A stretch of DNA of 64,000 nt from Candidatus Kuenenia stuttgartensis (GTDB taxonomy: Bacteria > Planctomycetota > Planctomycetia > Pirellulales > UBA1268). Positions within the stretch are counted from its first letter, which is position 1. Every line of letters starts with the position of its first letter. The stretch is from assembly GCA_943332855.1 (NCBI GenBank), contig CALQRA010000001.1:3276-67275 (forward strand), read 5' to 3'. Positions 17,811 through 28,074 of the stretch are shown here, one piece after another. The translations under genes and the position numbers were made by a program. Below the pieces are notes generated by a model that saw nothing but the letters and a program-made list of their open reading frames with translations, was not told where the DNA came from and made no database searches.

Positions 17811-20800
17811 ATGAACCTCTCCCGGCCCTTCATCCTCCGGCCGGTGGCGACGAGCCTCCTCATGGTGGCGCTCGTCCTCGTCGGGGTCGTCGCCTACCGC
17901 CAGCTTCCGGTGTCGGCGCTCCCGCAGGTTGACTATCCGACGATCCAGGTGCTCACCTTCTATCCCGGGGCGAGTCCGGAGGTGATGGCCTCGAGCGTCA
18001 CCTCGCCGCTGGAGCGGCAGTTCGGCCAGGTGCCGGGGCTGACGCAGATGACGTCGAGCAGCTCCGAGGGATGCTCTTGTATCGTTCTCCGCTTCGATCT
18101 CGAGCTCGACATCGACATCGCCACGCAGCAGGTCCAGGCAGCGATCAACTCGGCGGCTGCCGTCCTTCCCCGCGATCTCCCCAACCCGCCGGTCTACACA
18201 AAGACCAATCCCGCCGACGCCCCCATCCTCACCCTCGCCCTGACCAGCGATACGCTCCCGCTGACGAAGGTCCAGGATCTCGCCGACACGAGGCTCGCGC
18301 AGAAGATCTCGCAGCTTTCAGGCGTGGGGATGGTGAGCATCTCCGGGGGGCAGAAGCCGGCGATCCGCATCGAGGTTAATCCCACGGCCCTCTCCAGCCT
18401 CGGCATGAATCTCGAGGATCTGCGGGCGGCGCTCGTTCAGGCGAGCGTTAACCAGGCGAAGGGGAGCTTCGACGGCCGCAGGCAGGCGTTCACGATCGCC
18501 GCCAACGATCAGCTCCTCACGAGCGACCAGTTTCGCGGGCTGATCATCGGCTACCGCAACGGCTCGTCCATCCGGCTCGTCGACGTCGCCGAGGTGGTCG
18601 ACGGCGCGGAGAACGTCCGCCAGGCGGCGTGGATGAACGACACCCCGGCGGTGATCGTCAATATCCAGCGGCAGCCGGGGGCGAACATCATCGAGGTCGT
18701 CGACTCGGTGAAGGCCCTCCTTCCGCAGCTCGAGGCCTCGCTTCCGGCCGCTGTGCAGGTCCACGTCCTCACCGACCGGACGCTCACGATCCGGGCGAGC
18801 ATCGAGGGGGTGCAGCACGAGCTCCTCCTCACGATCGCGCTGGTGGTGTTCATCATTTTTCTCTTCCTCCGCAACGTCACCGCCACGATCATCCCCAGCG
18901 TCGCCGTCCCCCTGTCGCTCGTCGGCACGTTTGCCGTGATGTTGGCCCTCGGGTACAGCCTCAACAACCTCACCCTCATGGCGCTGACGATCTCCACCGG
19001 ATTTGTCGTCGACGACGCGATCGTGATGATCGAGAACATCGTCCGCTATGTCGAGGAGGGGGAAACGCCCCTCGAGGCGGCGCTGAAGGGATCGGCCGAG
19101 ATCGGGTTTACGATTGTCAGCCTTTCGGTGTCGCTGATCGCCGTGCTCATCCCGCTGCTCTTCATGGGGGATATCGTCGGGAGGTTGTTCCGCGAGTTCG
19201 CCGTCACGCTGTCGGTGACGATCCTCGTTTCGGCGGCGGTGTCGCTGACGCTGACGCCGATGATGTGCGCTGTCCTCCTCACCGCGCGGCCGGCCGGAGC
19301 CGGGCAGAGCGGGGGGGGGCACAACGCCGGGGGGCACGGGCTGTTCACGAGGCTCTACGCCGCGACGCTCCGCTTCGTCCTCGCCCACCAGCTGGCGACG
19401 ATGGCGACGTTCGTGGCAACGCTCCTGGCCACCTGGTACCTCGCGCAGATCGTCCCGAAGGGGTTCTTTCCCGTCCAGGACACCGGCGTCATCCTCGGCA
19501 TCTCCGAAGCGCCGCAGAGCAGCTCCTTCGAGGCCATGCGCGATCGGCAGCTCGAGCTGAATCGGGTGATTCTCGCCGACCCGGCGGTGGAAAGCTTGTC
19601 GAGCTTCATCGGCATCGACGGCACGAACGTCACGCTCAACAGCGGCCGGATCCTGATCAATCTCAAGCCCCTCGCCGAGCGGGGGACGAGTGCTGTCGAG
19701 GTCATTCGCCGGCTCCAGCCCGCCCTGGCGGCGGTCGAGGGAGTCGGGCTGTACATGCAGCCGGTGCAGGATCTCTCCGTGGAGACCCGCGTCAGTCGGA
19801 CGCAGTATCAGGTGAGCCTCGAGTCGCCCGACGCCGCGGAGCTGGCCGCCTGGGCCCCCCGGTTCGTCGCCCGGCTCCAGGAGCTCCCCGAGCTCGCCGA
19901 CGTCGCCAGCGATCAGCAGACCGACGGCCGGCAGGCCCGGCTCGTCATCGATCGCGACAGCGCTTCACGGCTGGGGATCACCCCCCAGATGATCGACGAC
20001 GCCCTCTACGATGCCTTCGGTCAGCGGCAGATCTCGATGCTGTTCACGCAGCTCAACCAATACCGCGTCATCCTCGAGGTGGCGCCGGCCTTCCGTGACA
20101 CGCCGCAGGACATGGCGCAGATGTACGTCCGCGCCGGTGTGCCGGGAAGGCCGGGGGAGACGCGCGTGCCGCTGGGGGCGGTGACCCGGCTCGAAGAGAC
20201 GAGCACGCCGCTGGCGGTGAATCACCAGGGGCAGTTCCCGGTGGTGACGGTGTCGTTCAACCTTGCGCCGGGCGTGTCGCTCGGCGAGGCCGTCGACACG
20301 ATCGAGTCGGCCCGCCACGGGCTGGAGATGCCAGCCGGCATCCAGACCGCCTTCCAGGGGACGGCCGCCGCCTTCCGGGCCTCGCTGGCCAATCAGGGCT
20401 GGCTGATCCTTGCCGCCATCGTCACCGTCTACATCGTCCTCGGGGTCCTCTACGAGAGCATCGTCCATCCGATCACGATCCTCTCCACGCTCCCCAGCGC
20501 CGGGGTGGGGGCGCTGGTCGCCCTGCTCGTCTGCCGGACCGACTTGAGCGTCATCGCGCTGATCGGGGTGATTCTTCTGATCGGGATCGTCAAGAAGAAC
20601 GCGATCATGATGATCGACTTCGCCATGGAGGCGGAGCGCCGCGGGATCGCCGGGCGCCGGGTGACGCCGCGCGAAGCGATCGAACAGGCCTGCTTGCTGC
20701 GGTTCCGGCCGATCATGATGACGACCATGGCCGCGCTCCTCGGGGCGGTGCCGCTGGCGTTTGGCACCGGCGTCGGCTCGGAGCTGCGGCGCCCGTTGGG

Positions 20801-20960
20801 GATCACGATCATCGGCGGCCTGCTCGTCAGCCAGCTCCTCACGCTCTACACGACGCCGGTGATCTATCTGTGGTTCGACGCCGTCGGGCGGTGGGTTCGT
20901 GGGGGGAGCGCCGGCGGGCCGGTCGACGCGGGCAGGGTTTTCGAGGAGGCCGCGCGATGA
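17811..20960 (+). CDS. mdtB: RND multidrug efflux permease, MdtB-like
   Basis: ORF trimmed to ATG 17811. MNLSRPFILRPVATSLLMVALVLVGVVAYRQLPVSALPQVDYPTIQVLTFYPGASPEVMASSVTSPLERQFG closely parallels the E. coli MdtB N-terminus. 12-TM RND layout. Confidence 0.85.
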   Translation: MNLSRPFILRPVATSLLMVALVLVGVVAYRQLPVSALPQVDYPTIQVLTFYPGASPEVMASSVTSPLERQFGQVPGLTQMTSSSSEGCSCIVLRFDLELDIDIATQQVQAAINSAAAVLPRDLPNPPVYTKTNPADAPILTLALTSDTLPLTKVQDLADTRLAQKISQLSGVGMVSISGGQKPAIRIEVNPTALSSLGMNLEDLRAALVQASVNQAKGSFDGRRQAFTIAANDQLLTSDQFRGLIIGYRNGSSIRLVDVAEVVDGAENVRQAAWMNDTPAVIVNIQRQPGANIIEVVDSVKALLPQLEASLPAAVQVHVLTDRTLTIRASIEGVQHELLLTIALVVFIIFLFLRNVTATIIPSVAVPLSLVGTFAVMLALGYSLNNLTLMALTISTGFVVDDAIVMIENIVRYVEEGETPLEAALKGSAEIGFTIVSLSVSLIAVLIPLLFMGDIVGRLFREFAVTLSVTILVSAAVSLTLTPMMCAVLLTARPAGAGQSGGGHNAGGHGLFTRLYAATLRFVLAHQLATMATFVATLLATWYLAQIVPKGFFPVQDTGVILGISEAPQSSSFEAMRDRQLELNRVILADPAVESLSSFIGIDGTNVTLNSGRILINLKPLAERGTSAVEVIRRLQPALAAVEGVGLYMQPVQDLSVETRVSRTQYQVSLESPDAAELAAWAPRFVARLQELPELADVASDQQTDGRQARLVIDRDSASRLGITPQMIDDALYDAFGQRQISMLFTQLNQYRVILEVAPAFRDTPQDMAQMYVRAGVPGRPGETRVPLGAVTRLEETSTPLAVNHQGQFPVVTVSFNLAPGVSLGEAVDTIESARHGLEMPAGIQTAFQGTAAAFRASLANQGWLILAAIVTVYIVLGVLYESIVHPITILSTLPSAGVGALVALLVCRTDLSVIALIGVILLIGIVKKNAIMMIDFAMEAERRGIAGRRVTPREAIEQACLLRFRPIMMTTMAALLGAVPLAFGTGVGSELRRPLGITIIGGLLVSQLLTLYTTPVIYLWFDAVGRWVRGGSAGGPVDAGRVFEEAAR

Positions 20961-23900
20961 ACGTCTCGACCTGGTTCATCCGCCACCCGATCGGGACGTC
21001 GCTGTTGGCGGTGGCGATCACGCTCGTGGGATCGATCTGCTATTTCCTCCTCCCGGTGTCGCCGCTGCCGCAGGTGGAATATCCGACGATCAACGTCAAC
21101 GCGGGGCTCCCGGGGGCGAGCTCCGAGACGATGGCTTCGGCGGTGGCGACGCCCCTGGAGCGTCAATTCGGGCTCATCGCCGGCGTCACGGAGATGACGT
21201 CGCAGAGCACCCTCGGGCAGACGTCGATCACGCTCCAGTTCGACCTCGATCGAAACATCGACGCCGCCACGCGCGACGTTCAGGCGGCGATCAACGCCGC
21301 CCGCGGCCGCCTCCCCTCGAACCTCCCGCGCAATCCCGACCTGCGGAAGGTCAACCCCGCCGACGCCCCGATCCTCATCCTGGCGATGACGTCCGATCTC
21401 CACGACAAGCCCCGGCTCCAGGACGTCGCCGGCACGCTCCTCCAGCAGAAGCTCTCGCAGGTCCAGGGCGTGGGGCAGGTGGTCGTGAGCGGCGGCTCCC
21501 CGCCGGCCGTCCGCGTCGCCGTCAACCCGACGGTTCTCGAGCGCTATGACCTCGGCCTCGACGACGTCCGCACCTGCCTCCAGCAGGCCAACACCAACCG
21601 CCCCAAGGGCTCCGTCGATGACGGTGTGACCACCTGGTCGATCGCCACGACCGACCAGCTCTTTACCGCGGCGGAATACCGGCAGTTGATCGTCGCCTGG
21701 CGGCGCGGCGCCGCGATCCGGCTGGGAGACGTGGCGAGCGTCACCGATTCCGTTGAGGATGTCCGCGTCGCCGGGGTCTACAACGCTCAGCCGACGATCA
21801 TGCTCATCCTCTACCGGCAGCCCAATGCCAACATCATCCGCACCGTCGACAACGTGCTGTCGATCCTCCCGCAGCTGCGCGCCCAGATTCCGGCGGGGAT
21901 TCGCCTCGATCTCGCCATGGACCGGACGGCGACGATCCGGGCGAGCATCGTCGACGTTCAGCACACGCTCCTCCTTTCGGTGGGTCTCGTCGTCGGGGTG
22001 GTGTTTCTGTTTCTGCGGGACTGGCGGGCGACGCTCATTCCCAGTGTTGTCGTGCCGGTGTCGCTGGTGAGCACGTTCTCGGCGATGTATGCCCTCGGCT
22101 ACAGTCTCGACAACCTCTCGCTCATGGCCCTCACGATCGCGACGGGATTCGTCGTCGACGACGCGATCGTCGTCCTCGAGAACATCGCCCGCCACCGTGA
22201 GGAGGGGATGAGCCCGATGGCGGCGGCTTTTCTGGGGGCCCGTGAGATCGGCTTCACCGTGCTCTCGATCAGCATCTCGCTCGTGGCCGTCTTCATCCCC
22301 ATCCTCCTCATGGGCGGGATCGTGGGGCGGTTGTTCCGCGAGTTCGCCGTCACCCTCTCGGTGGCGATCCTCGTGTCGATGGTCGTGTCGCTGACGCTCA
22401 CGCCGATGATGTGTGCCTGGTTGCTCCTTCCCGCGGGGCATGCCCGGCAGGGGCTTGTCAGCCGGCTCACGGAGCGTTTTCTCGACGGCGTCACCGCGGG
22501 CTACGGCCGGCTCCTCGGCGTCGTCATGCGCCATCCGCGGATCACGATGGCGGCGAACCTGGCGACGATTGCGCTAACGGTGTGGATGTATGTGATCGTG
22601 CCGAAGGGATTCTTCCCGCAGCAAGACACCGGCCGGATCACCGGCACCCTCGACGCCGATCAGGACACGTCCTTCCAGACGATGAGCGGGCTGCTGACGA
22701 AGTTTTCGCTCGCCATCAAGGAGGATCCGGCGGTGGCGGGGATCACTGGATCGACCGGCGGGGCCGCGGGGGGGAGCCCGAACGCGGCCCGGATGTTCAT
22801 CAGCCTCGTGCCGAAGGAAGAGCGCGACGGGATGACGGCCGACCAGGTCATCGGTCGGCTGCGAGGGAAGCTCTCGCAGCTCTCCGGCGCGACGATGATC
22901 ATGCAGCCGGTGCAGGATCTGCGGATCGGCGGCCGCCCGAGCAGCTCGCAGTATCAGTTCACCCTCCGCGGCGACAACCTCGCCGATCTGAATGAATGGG
23001 GCCCGAAGCTCGTGCGGGCGATGCGCGCGATGCCGGAGCTGGCCGACATCCGCTCCGACCAGCAAAACCGTGGACTCCAGGTGGGGCTGACGATCGACCG
23101 CGACGCCGCGGCCCGGTTCGGGATCTCCCCCCGTCAGATCGACGATGCCCTCTACGACGCCTTCGGCCAGCGGCAGGTGTCGGTGATGTACCGGCCTCTC
23201 GGCCAGTACCGGGTCGTGATGGGGCTAGAGTCAGGATTCCTCCAGGGGCCCGACGGCCTCTCGAGCCTCCATGTCACCGGCTCGAACGGCCTGCAAGTGC
23301 CGCTGGAATCGCTGGCGTCGCTGACCACCGGCAACGCGCCGCTGATGGTCAATCACACCGCGCAGTTTCCCTCGGCGACGGTGTCGTTCAATCTCGCCCC
23401 GGGGGTGTCGCTCGGGGCTGCGGTCGAGGCGGTGGAGACGAAGACGGCGGAGCTGGGGATGCCGGCCACCGTCCGCGGGAGTTTCTCAGGCACCGCGCAG
23501 GTGTTCCGCGAGGCGCTCGCCAACCAGCCGCTCCTGATCCTTGCGGCGGTCGTCACCGTGTACCTCGTCCTCGGCATGCTCTATGAGAGCATCATCCATC
23601 CGCTCACGATCATCTCCACGCTCCCCAGCGCCGGTCTGGGGGCGCTGCTGGCGCTTCAGTGGACCGGGAGCCAGCTCGACGTGATGGCGATGATCGGCAT
23701 CATCCTCCTCATCGGGATCGTCAAAAAGAACGCGATCATGATGATCGACTTCGCCCTCGAGGCGGAGCGGACCAGGGGGCTTGCACCGCGTGAGGCGATC
23801 GTCGAAGCCTGCATCCTCCGGTTTCGGCCGATTACGATGACGACGCTCGCGGCGCTTCTCGGCGGATTGCCGCTGGCGCTGGGAACGGGCCCCGGGGCCG

Positions 23901-24073
23901 AGCTCCGCTGGCCGCTGGGGATCGCGATTGTCGGCGGGCTGATCGTCAGCCAGATGCTGACGCTGTTCACGACGCCGGTCGTCTATCTCTACCTCGACAG
24001 CCTCGTCCACTGGATCTCGCGGCGGCGTGCCCCGGCGGCCGTTCCACCGCCGGCCGTTGTTCCCACCTCCTGA
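20957..24073 (+). CDS. mdtC: RND multidrug efflux permease, MdtC-like
   Basis: ATG 20957 overlaps the mdtB stop (ATGA). MNVSTWFIRHPIGTSLLAVAITLVGSICYFLLPVSPLPQVEYPTINVNAGLPGASSETMASAVATPLERQFG parallels MdtC. The tandem-pump arrangement is diagnostic of MdtABC. Confidence 0.85.
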   Translation: MNVSTWFIRHPIGTSLLAVAITLVGSICYFLLPVSPLPQVEYPTINVNAGLPGASSETMASAVATPLERQFGLIAGVTEMTSQSTLGQTSITLQFDLDRNIDAATRDVQAAINAARGRLPSNLPRNPDLRKVNPADAPILILAMTSDLHDKPRLQDVAGTLLQQKLSQVQGVGQVVVSGGSPPAVRVAVNPTVLERYDLGLDDVRTCLQQANTNRPKGSVDDGVTTWSIATTDQLFTAAEYRQLIVAWRRGAAIRLGDVASVTDSVEDVRVAGVYNAQPTIMLILYRQPNANIIRTVDNVLSILPQLRAQIPAGIRLDLAMDRTATIRASIVDVQHTLLLSVGLVVGVVFLFLRDWRATLIPSVVVPVSLVSTFSAMYALGYSLDNLSLMALTIATGFVVDDAIVVLENIARHREEGMSPMAAAFLGAREIGFTVLSISISLVAVFIPILLMGGIVGRLFREFAVTLSVAILVSMVVSLTLTPMMCAWLLLPAGHARQGLVSRLTERFLDGVTAGYGRLLGVVMRHPRITMAANLATIALTVWMYVIVPKGFFPQQDTGRITGTLDADQDTSFQTMSGLLTKFSLAIKEDPAVAGITGSTGGAAGGSPNAARMFISLVPKEERDGMTADQVIGRLRGKLSQLSGATMIMQPVQDLRIGGRPSSSQYQFTLRGDNLADLNEWGPKLVRAMRAMPELADIRSDQQNRGLQVGLTIDRDAAARFGISPRQIDDALYDAFGQRQVSVMYRPLGQYRVVMGLESGFLQGPDGLSSLHVTGSNGLQVPLESLASLTTGNAPLMVNHTAQFPSATVSFNLAPGVSLGAAVEAVETKTAELGMPATVRGSFSGTAQVFREALANQPLLILAAVVTVYLVLGMLYESIIHPLTIISTLPSAGLGALLALQWTGSQLDVMAMIGIILLIGIVKKNAIMMIDFALEAERTRGLAPREAIVEACILRFRPITMTTLAALLGGLPLALGTGPGAELRWPLGIAIVGGLIVSQMLTLFTTPVVYLYLDSLVHWISRRRAPAAVPPPAVVPTS

Positions 24074-24143
24074 CGCCGGCAGGGATTGAGCGGTCGGGGG
24101 CCGCAACATGCCGTCAGCCAGTCGCGTCGATCGGACAAGTCGA

Positions 24144-26444
24144 TCAGGGGCGGACGGAGAGATTTGTCTTCGGCTTGGTGGGATCGAAGGTGACGGCCGC
24201 GGCCATGAGCGTCGGCGAGACCGTCGGCTTTGGCTGCGGGAAGGAGCCCCAGTTGCCCCCCACCGGGATCGCCGTGGCGCTGGCGGGGAGGGTGTAGGTG
24301 CGGACGTCGGTGATCGAGCCGTCGATGCGATTGTTGAGGTAGACCGTCCGGGCGACGGGATCGTAGAGGCCCACCGTGTCCTTCTTGTCGCCGTTCCAGT
24401 CGCCGGCCAGTGGCACCCACGTGGCGGGGAGCCTCGGCGTTTTGAAGATCGTGAGGGCGGAGATCGAGCCGTCGATCTTGTCGTTGAGGTAGAAGGTGTT
24501 GCCGAGCGGATCGTAGAGCCCGACGGTGTCCTTGCCGTCGCCGTTCCAGTCGCCGGCCAGTGCGAGCCATGTTGTGGGGAGTGCGGGGGTGACAAACGGG
24601 GCCGAGGCCTGTGTGCCCTGGAGCGTGTAGAAGCGGAAGGTGTGGCTGACGGGGTCGTAGAGGCCGAGCTCGTCCCCCCCCTTGCCGTCCCAGTTGCCGG
24701 CCAGCGGCTTCCACCACGACTTCGCCCCGGTGATCGGCACGATCGAATCGGCGACGCCGTCGTTGTCGAAATCGAGGCGAAACGTCCCGGCAGCGCCGTC
24801 ATAGACACCGGTCGATGCCACGCCGTCACCGTCGAAATCGCCCGCCAGCGGCAGCGAGGCAGCGCTCACCGCCACCTGCGGGGCGATCCCCGGCTTGACC
24901 TGCGTGACGGCCGTCGACGTGCCGTCGGCGTGATGATTCAGCGTCCAGGTCCGGGTGGCCGGGTCGTAAAAGCCGGCGGTGGCGAAGAACGTCGGATACT
25001 TCTCGACGAGCTTGCCCGGCGTGAGCGTCCGGCCGGCAAGGGCCGGCGATGACGCGGTGTACTTCAGCGCCCGGAAGGTGAGGTTCGTGAACACGCCGGG
25101 GGTGCCGCTGACGTTGAGCGGGGGGGCGGTTGCCCCCTGGGTGAGCGTGTTTCCGCCGGCGATGTCGGGATTGACGTACCGCCACACGACTTTGCCGGCC
25201 GGCGTGACCTCGAAGACGTTCCCCTTCACTCCCTCGCAGATCAGCGTGTTGCCGTTGGGCTGCCGCTGTGCTCCAGAGATGATCGGCGAGAAGAACCCGG
25301 CCTTCGGGCTGCCGTAGCTCCACACCGTCGTCGCCTTCCCGTAGGTCGTTGGCTTGATCTCCATCACCGACGACCAGCTGCTGCCGTCGGGGCGTCCCCA
25401 GCCGTTGTTGAAGACGAGGAGATTCCCGGCCCCGGGCAGCCCGTCGGCGATCCACTGGATGTTGTGCTGCCACTCGAGCGTCTGGCTGGCGACACTCCCG
25501 GCGTTCCAGGTCTGCGGATTGCCGTAGCGCCAAAGGAGATCCCCTCCCTTGCCCGACTTACCGCCGGTCTTCCCGGCGGCCTGCGCCGTGGTGGTGCTGT
25601 GGTCGATCATCCACACCTCGCTGAACTCCCGGCTCGAGACCATGATCTGGTCGGTCTTGGCGTTGTAGGCGATGGCGTTGAAGTGGGCCCAGTCGGCGAT
25701 GTGGGCATCGGCGCCGGTGCCTGAGGGGACGAAGTTGAGGTTGATCCGCTGCGGATTCTTGACGATGTCCTGGGCCTTGACGTAGTTCGCCTTGCCGGCG
25801 TCGTACGACTGGACGAGATGGTCCTTCATGTGCCATTCCCACACGATCGAGCCCCCGGAGCCTGCCACCAGGTCGGGCTTGATCTCGAGGATCGACTCGG
25901 GCCACAGCTCGCTGTTGGTCGCCGGATTGAGTTTGGCGGGATCGCGTCCCAGCGCGATCGCCTCGGCCCGCGATAGCCGCTCCCAGGCGATCGCCAGGAT
26001 GTTGCCGTTGGGGAGGAGGATCGAGTCGTGATGGAGCTGGTACTTGGAGTTGGCGAGTGTGTAGGACCAGACCGGTGTGTTGTTCCAGTCGATGATCTCG
26101 ATCTTTCCGGTCGATCCGTTGCTGCCGAAGGCCCGCTGCGGCGGCGCGAGGATCGTGTTGCGGAGGATCGATCCGTTGTCCTGGAGATAGACCGACGTCG
26201 CCCCCCCGGTGCCGGTCCAGGCGTGGACCTCCTGGCCGTTGTTGTCGATGAGGTGGGTGGTGGGATTGAGCGTCGCGTTGAAGAGCGTGTAGCCGTCCTG
26301 GACCCCCGGGGCATTGACGAACAGGCCCACCGTTTGTGCCAGCGCCAGGCGCGTCTCGAGCGTTTCGATGCCGGCGAGCGTCCCCCGTGCCCGGCGGCGT
26401 GACGGCTTCGAACGGAGATTTCGGGGGGCGCGGGGCGTGGCCAT
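24144..26444 (-). CDS. arylsulfotransferase (ASST)-like beta-propeller protein fused to four FG-GAP-like repeats
   Basis: The N-terminal ~450 aa (LFNATLNPTTHLIDNNGQEVHAW...HHDSILLPNGNILAIAWE...HFNAIAYNAKTDQIMVSSREFSEVWMIDH) resembles the ASST family. The C-terminus has four LAGDWNGDGKDTVGLYDP-type repeats. The N-terminus is Arg-rich followed by ETLETRLALA. Confidence 0.6.
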   Translation of the reverse strand: MATPRAPRNLRSKPSRRRARGTLAGIETLETRLALAQTVGLFVNAPGVQDGYTLFNATLNPTTHLIDNNGQEVHAWTGTGGATSVYLQDNGSILRNTILAPPQRAFGSNGSTGKIEIIDWNNTPVWSYTLANSKYQLHHDSILLPNGNILAIAWERLSRAEAIALGRDPAKLNPATNSELWPESILEIKPDLVAGSGGSIVWEWHMKDHLVQSYDAGKANYVKAQDIVKNPQRINLNFVPSGTGADAHIADWAHFNAIAYNAKTDQIMVSSREFSEVWMIDHSTTTAQAAGKTGGKSGKGGDLLWRYGNPQTWNAGSVASQTLEWQHNIQWIADGLPGAGNLLVFNNGWGRPDGSSWSSVMEIKPTTYGKATTVWSYGSPKAGFFSPIISGAQRQPNGNTLICEGVKGNVFEVTPAGKVVWRYVNPDIAGGNTLTQGATAPPLNVSGTPGVFTNLTFRALKYTASSPALAGRTLTPGKLVEKYPTFFATAGFYDPATRTWTLNHHADGTSTAVTQVKPGIAPQVAVSAASLPLAGDFDGDGVASTGVYDGAAGTFRLDFDNDGVADSIVPITGAKSWWKPLAGNWDGKGGDELGLYDPVSHTFRFYTLQGTQASAPFVTPALPTTWLALAGDWNGDGKDTVGLYDPLGNTFYLNDKIDGSISALTIFKTPRLPATWVPLAGDWNGDKKDTVGLYDPVARTVYLNNRIDGSITDVRTYTLPASATAIPVGGNWGSFPQPKPTVSPTLMAAAVTFDPTKPKTNLSVRP

Positions 26445-26512
26445 GATCGACCTCTGGCGGACGGGGAGAAGGATGGAGCGACCAGCTGGAGACTGCTCCG
26501 GCTGGGAAAGCA

Positions 26513-26540
26513 GGGTAATCCAGGAATTGTGGGTAATCCA
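26513..26540. repeat. tandem direct repeat GGGTAATCCAG x2 (17-nt period) in the promoter region of the ASST-like gene
   Basis: GGGTAATCCAG at 26513-26523 and 26530-26540, 70-95 nt upstream of ATG 26444. Confidence 0.6.
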
Positions 26541-26639
26541 GCTTTCGGTTTCCCCGGTTTATCGCGGGTCCCAGTGGCCGGCGCGGGAAAACGGCAGACA
26601 CCGTCCGCTGGCGCCGCGGGGCTTCACCCGCATGGGGGG

Positions 26640-28061
26640 TCAGGCGAGGATTTCACGGACGACCCGGCCGGAGACGTCGGTGAGGCGGTGGTCGCGGCCG
26701 GCGTGGCGGAAGGTGAGCCGCTCGTGGTCGAGCCCCAGCAGCGCGAGGATCGTGGCGTGGAAATCGGGCATCGTCACCTTCCCCTCGGCCACGTAATAGC
26801 CGAACTCGTCGGTCAGGCCGTGGGCCATCCCCCCCTTCACGCCGCCACCGGCCATCCAGACGCTGAAGGCATGGGGGTGATGGTCGCGGCCGTCGGGCCC
26901 TTGAGCGGCTGGCGTCCGTCCGAACTCGGTGCCGAAGATCACGAGCGTGTCGTCCAAGAGCCCGCGGGCCTTGAGGTCGGCAAGGAGGGCAGCGATCGGC
27001 TGATCGACCTTCTTGGCGTTGGTGGTGTGGTTGTTGCGCAGGTCGCCGTGGGCGTCCCAGTAGTTGCGCGGGTAGCTGAAGTTGACCTGCACGAACCGCA
27101 CCCCCGCCTCGAGGCAGCGCCTGGCGAGGAGGCACTGCCGGGCGTATTCGTCGGTCGGCTCGGTGCCGACGCCGTAGCAGGCGAGCGTGGCGGCCGTCTC
27201 CCGCTCGATCTCGAACACCCCCGGCGCCTCCGCCTGCATCCGCCAGGCCATCTCGAACGACTCGATCCGGGCCTCGAGCCGCGGGTCGCCCCCCGCCAAT
27301 CCCGCGTGGCGTCGGTTGCGAGCGGCGAGGAGATCGAGCTGGAGCCGTTCGAGAGCCTGATCCTCCGCCGAGACGAGGTTCGAGAGGCGCGTCGACTTGA
27401 AGTCGGTGCTGCCGTCCCCGATCCGCGTTCCCTGGAAGCTCGCCGGGAGGAACGCCGCGCCGTAGTTCTGCGTGCCGCCGTGGTAGAGCGAGGGGGAGAG
27501 GCTGATGAATCCGGGGAGGTTGTCGTTCTCTGATCCGAGGCCGTAGAGCGTCCAGGCGCCGAGGCTCGGCCGAGCGAAGACGCCGGAGCCGGTGTTCATG
27601 GCGAGCAGGGCGGGGCCGTGCGACACCTGATCGCCGCCGTGCATCGAGCGGATCACGCACAGATCGTCGGCACGGCTGCCGATCAGCGGGAAAAGATCAC
27701 TGATCTCGAGCCCCGATTGGCCGTAGCGGCGAAACTCCCACGGCGAGGCGAGGAGATTGCCGGTGGGGGCAAACTCGAACTTCGGTTTCGGCAGCGGCAG
27801 CGGCTGGCCGTTGAGCGCCGCGAGCTTTGGCTTGGGGTCGAAGGAGTCGACATGCGAGATTCCGCCATGCATGAAGAGGAAGACGACGCGCTTCGCCCGC
27901 GCCGGGCAGTGGGGGGCCTTGGCCGCAAGCGCCGAGCCGGTCGCCCCCGCGGCCCGAGCCTCCCCGGGCATCTGCTCGCCGGCGAGGAGGCCGAGGAGCG
28001 CCGTGTGGCCGAAGCCACAGGCGCTTTGCAGGAGCCATTCCCGGCGCGAGAGGGGAACCAT
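26640..28061 (-). CDS. DUF1501 (sulfatase-like) protein with Tat signal
   Basis: ORF trimmed to ATG 28061. MVPLSRREWLLQSACGFGHTALLGLLAG is a twin-arginine leader. FLFMHGGISHVDSFDPKP and DHHPHAFSVWMAGGG are typical of DUF1501. Paired with the upstream DUF1549/DUF1553 gene. Confidence 0.85.
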   Translation of the reverse strand: MVPLSRREWLLQSACGFGHTALLGLLAGEQMPGEARAAGATGSALAAKAPHCPARAKRVVFLFMHGGISHVDSFDPKPKLAALNGQPLPLPKPKFEFAPTGNLLASPWEFRRYGQSGLEISDLFPLIGSRADDLCVIRSMHGGDQVSHGPALLAMNTGSGVFARPSLGAWTLYGLGSENDNLPGFISLSPSLYHGGTQNYGAAFLPASFQGTRIGDGSTDFKSTRLSNLVSAEDQALERLQLDLLAARNRRHAGLAGGDPRLEARIESFEMAWRMQAEAPGVFEIERETAATLACYGVGTEPTDEYARQCLLARRCLEAGVRFVQVNFSYPRNYWDAHGDLRNNHTTNAKKVDQPIAALLADLKARGLLDDTLVIFGTEFGRTPAAQGPDGRDHHPHAFSVWMAGGGVKGGMAHGLTDEFGYYVAEGKVTMPDFHATILALLGLDHERLTFRHAGRDHRLTDVSGRVVREILA

Positions 28062-28074
28062 AGAGTGACTCCGG

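Noticed and set aside
18318-22534. Several long minus-strand ORFs (18318..19388 and 20864..22534) and alternate-frame plus-strand ORFs inside the RND genes
   Set aside because: The mdtB and mdtC frames align convincingly to the known MdtB/MdtC N-termini and 12-TM layout. The others are Arg/His/Asp/Pro-rich shadow frames.
16520-24073. mdtABC operon lacks an outer-membrane factor gene
   Set aside because: OMF genes are frequently encoded elsewhere (as with E. coli TolC). Nothing unusual can be inferred from this window alone.
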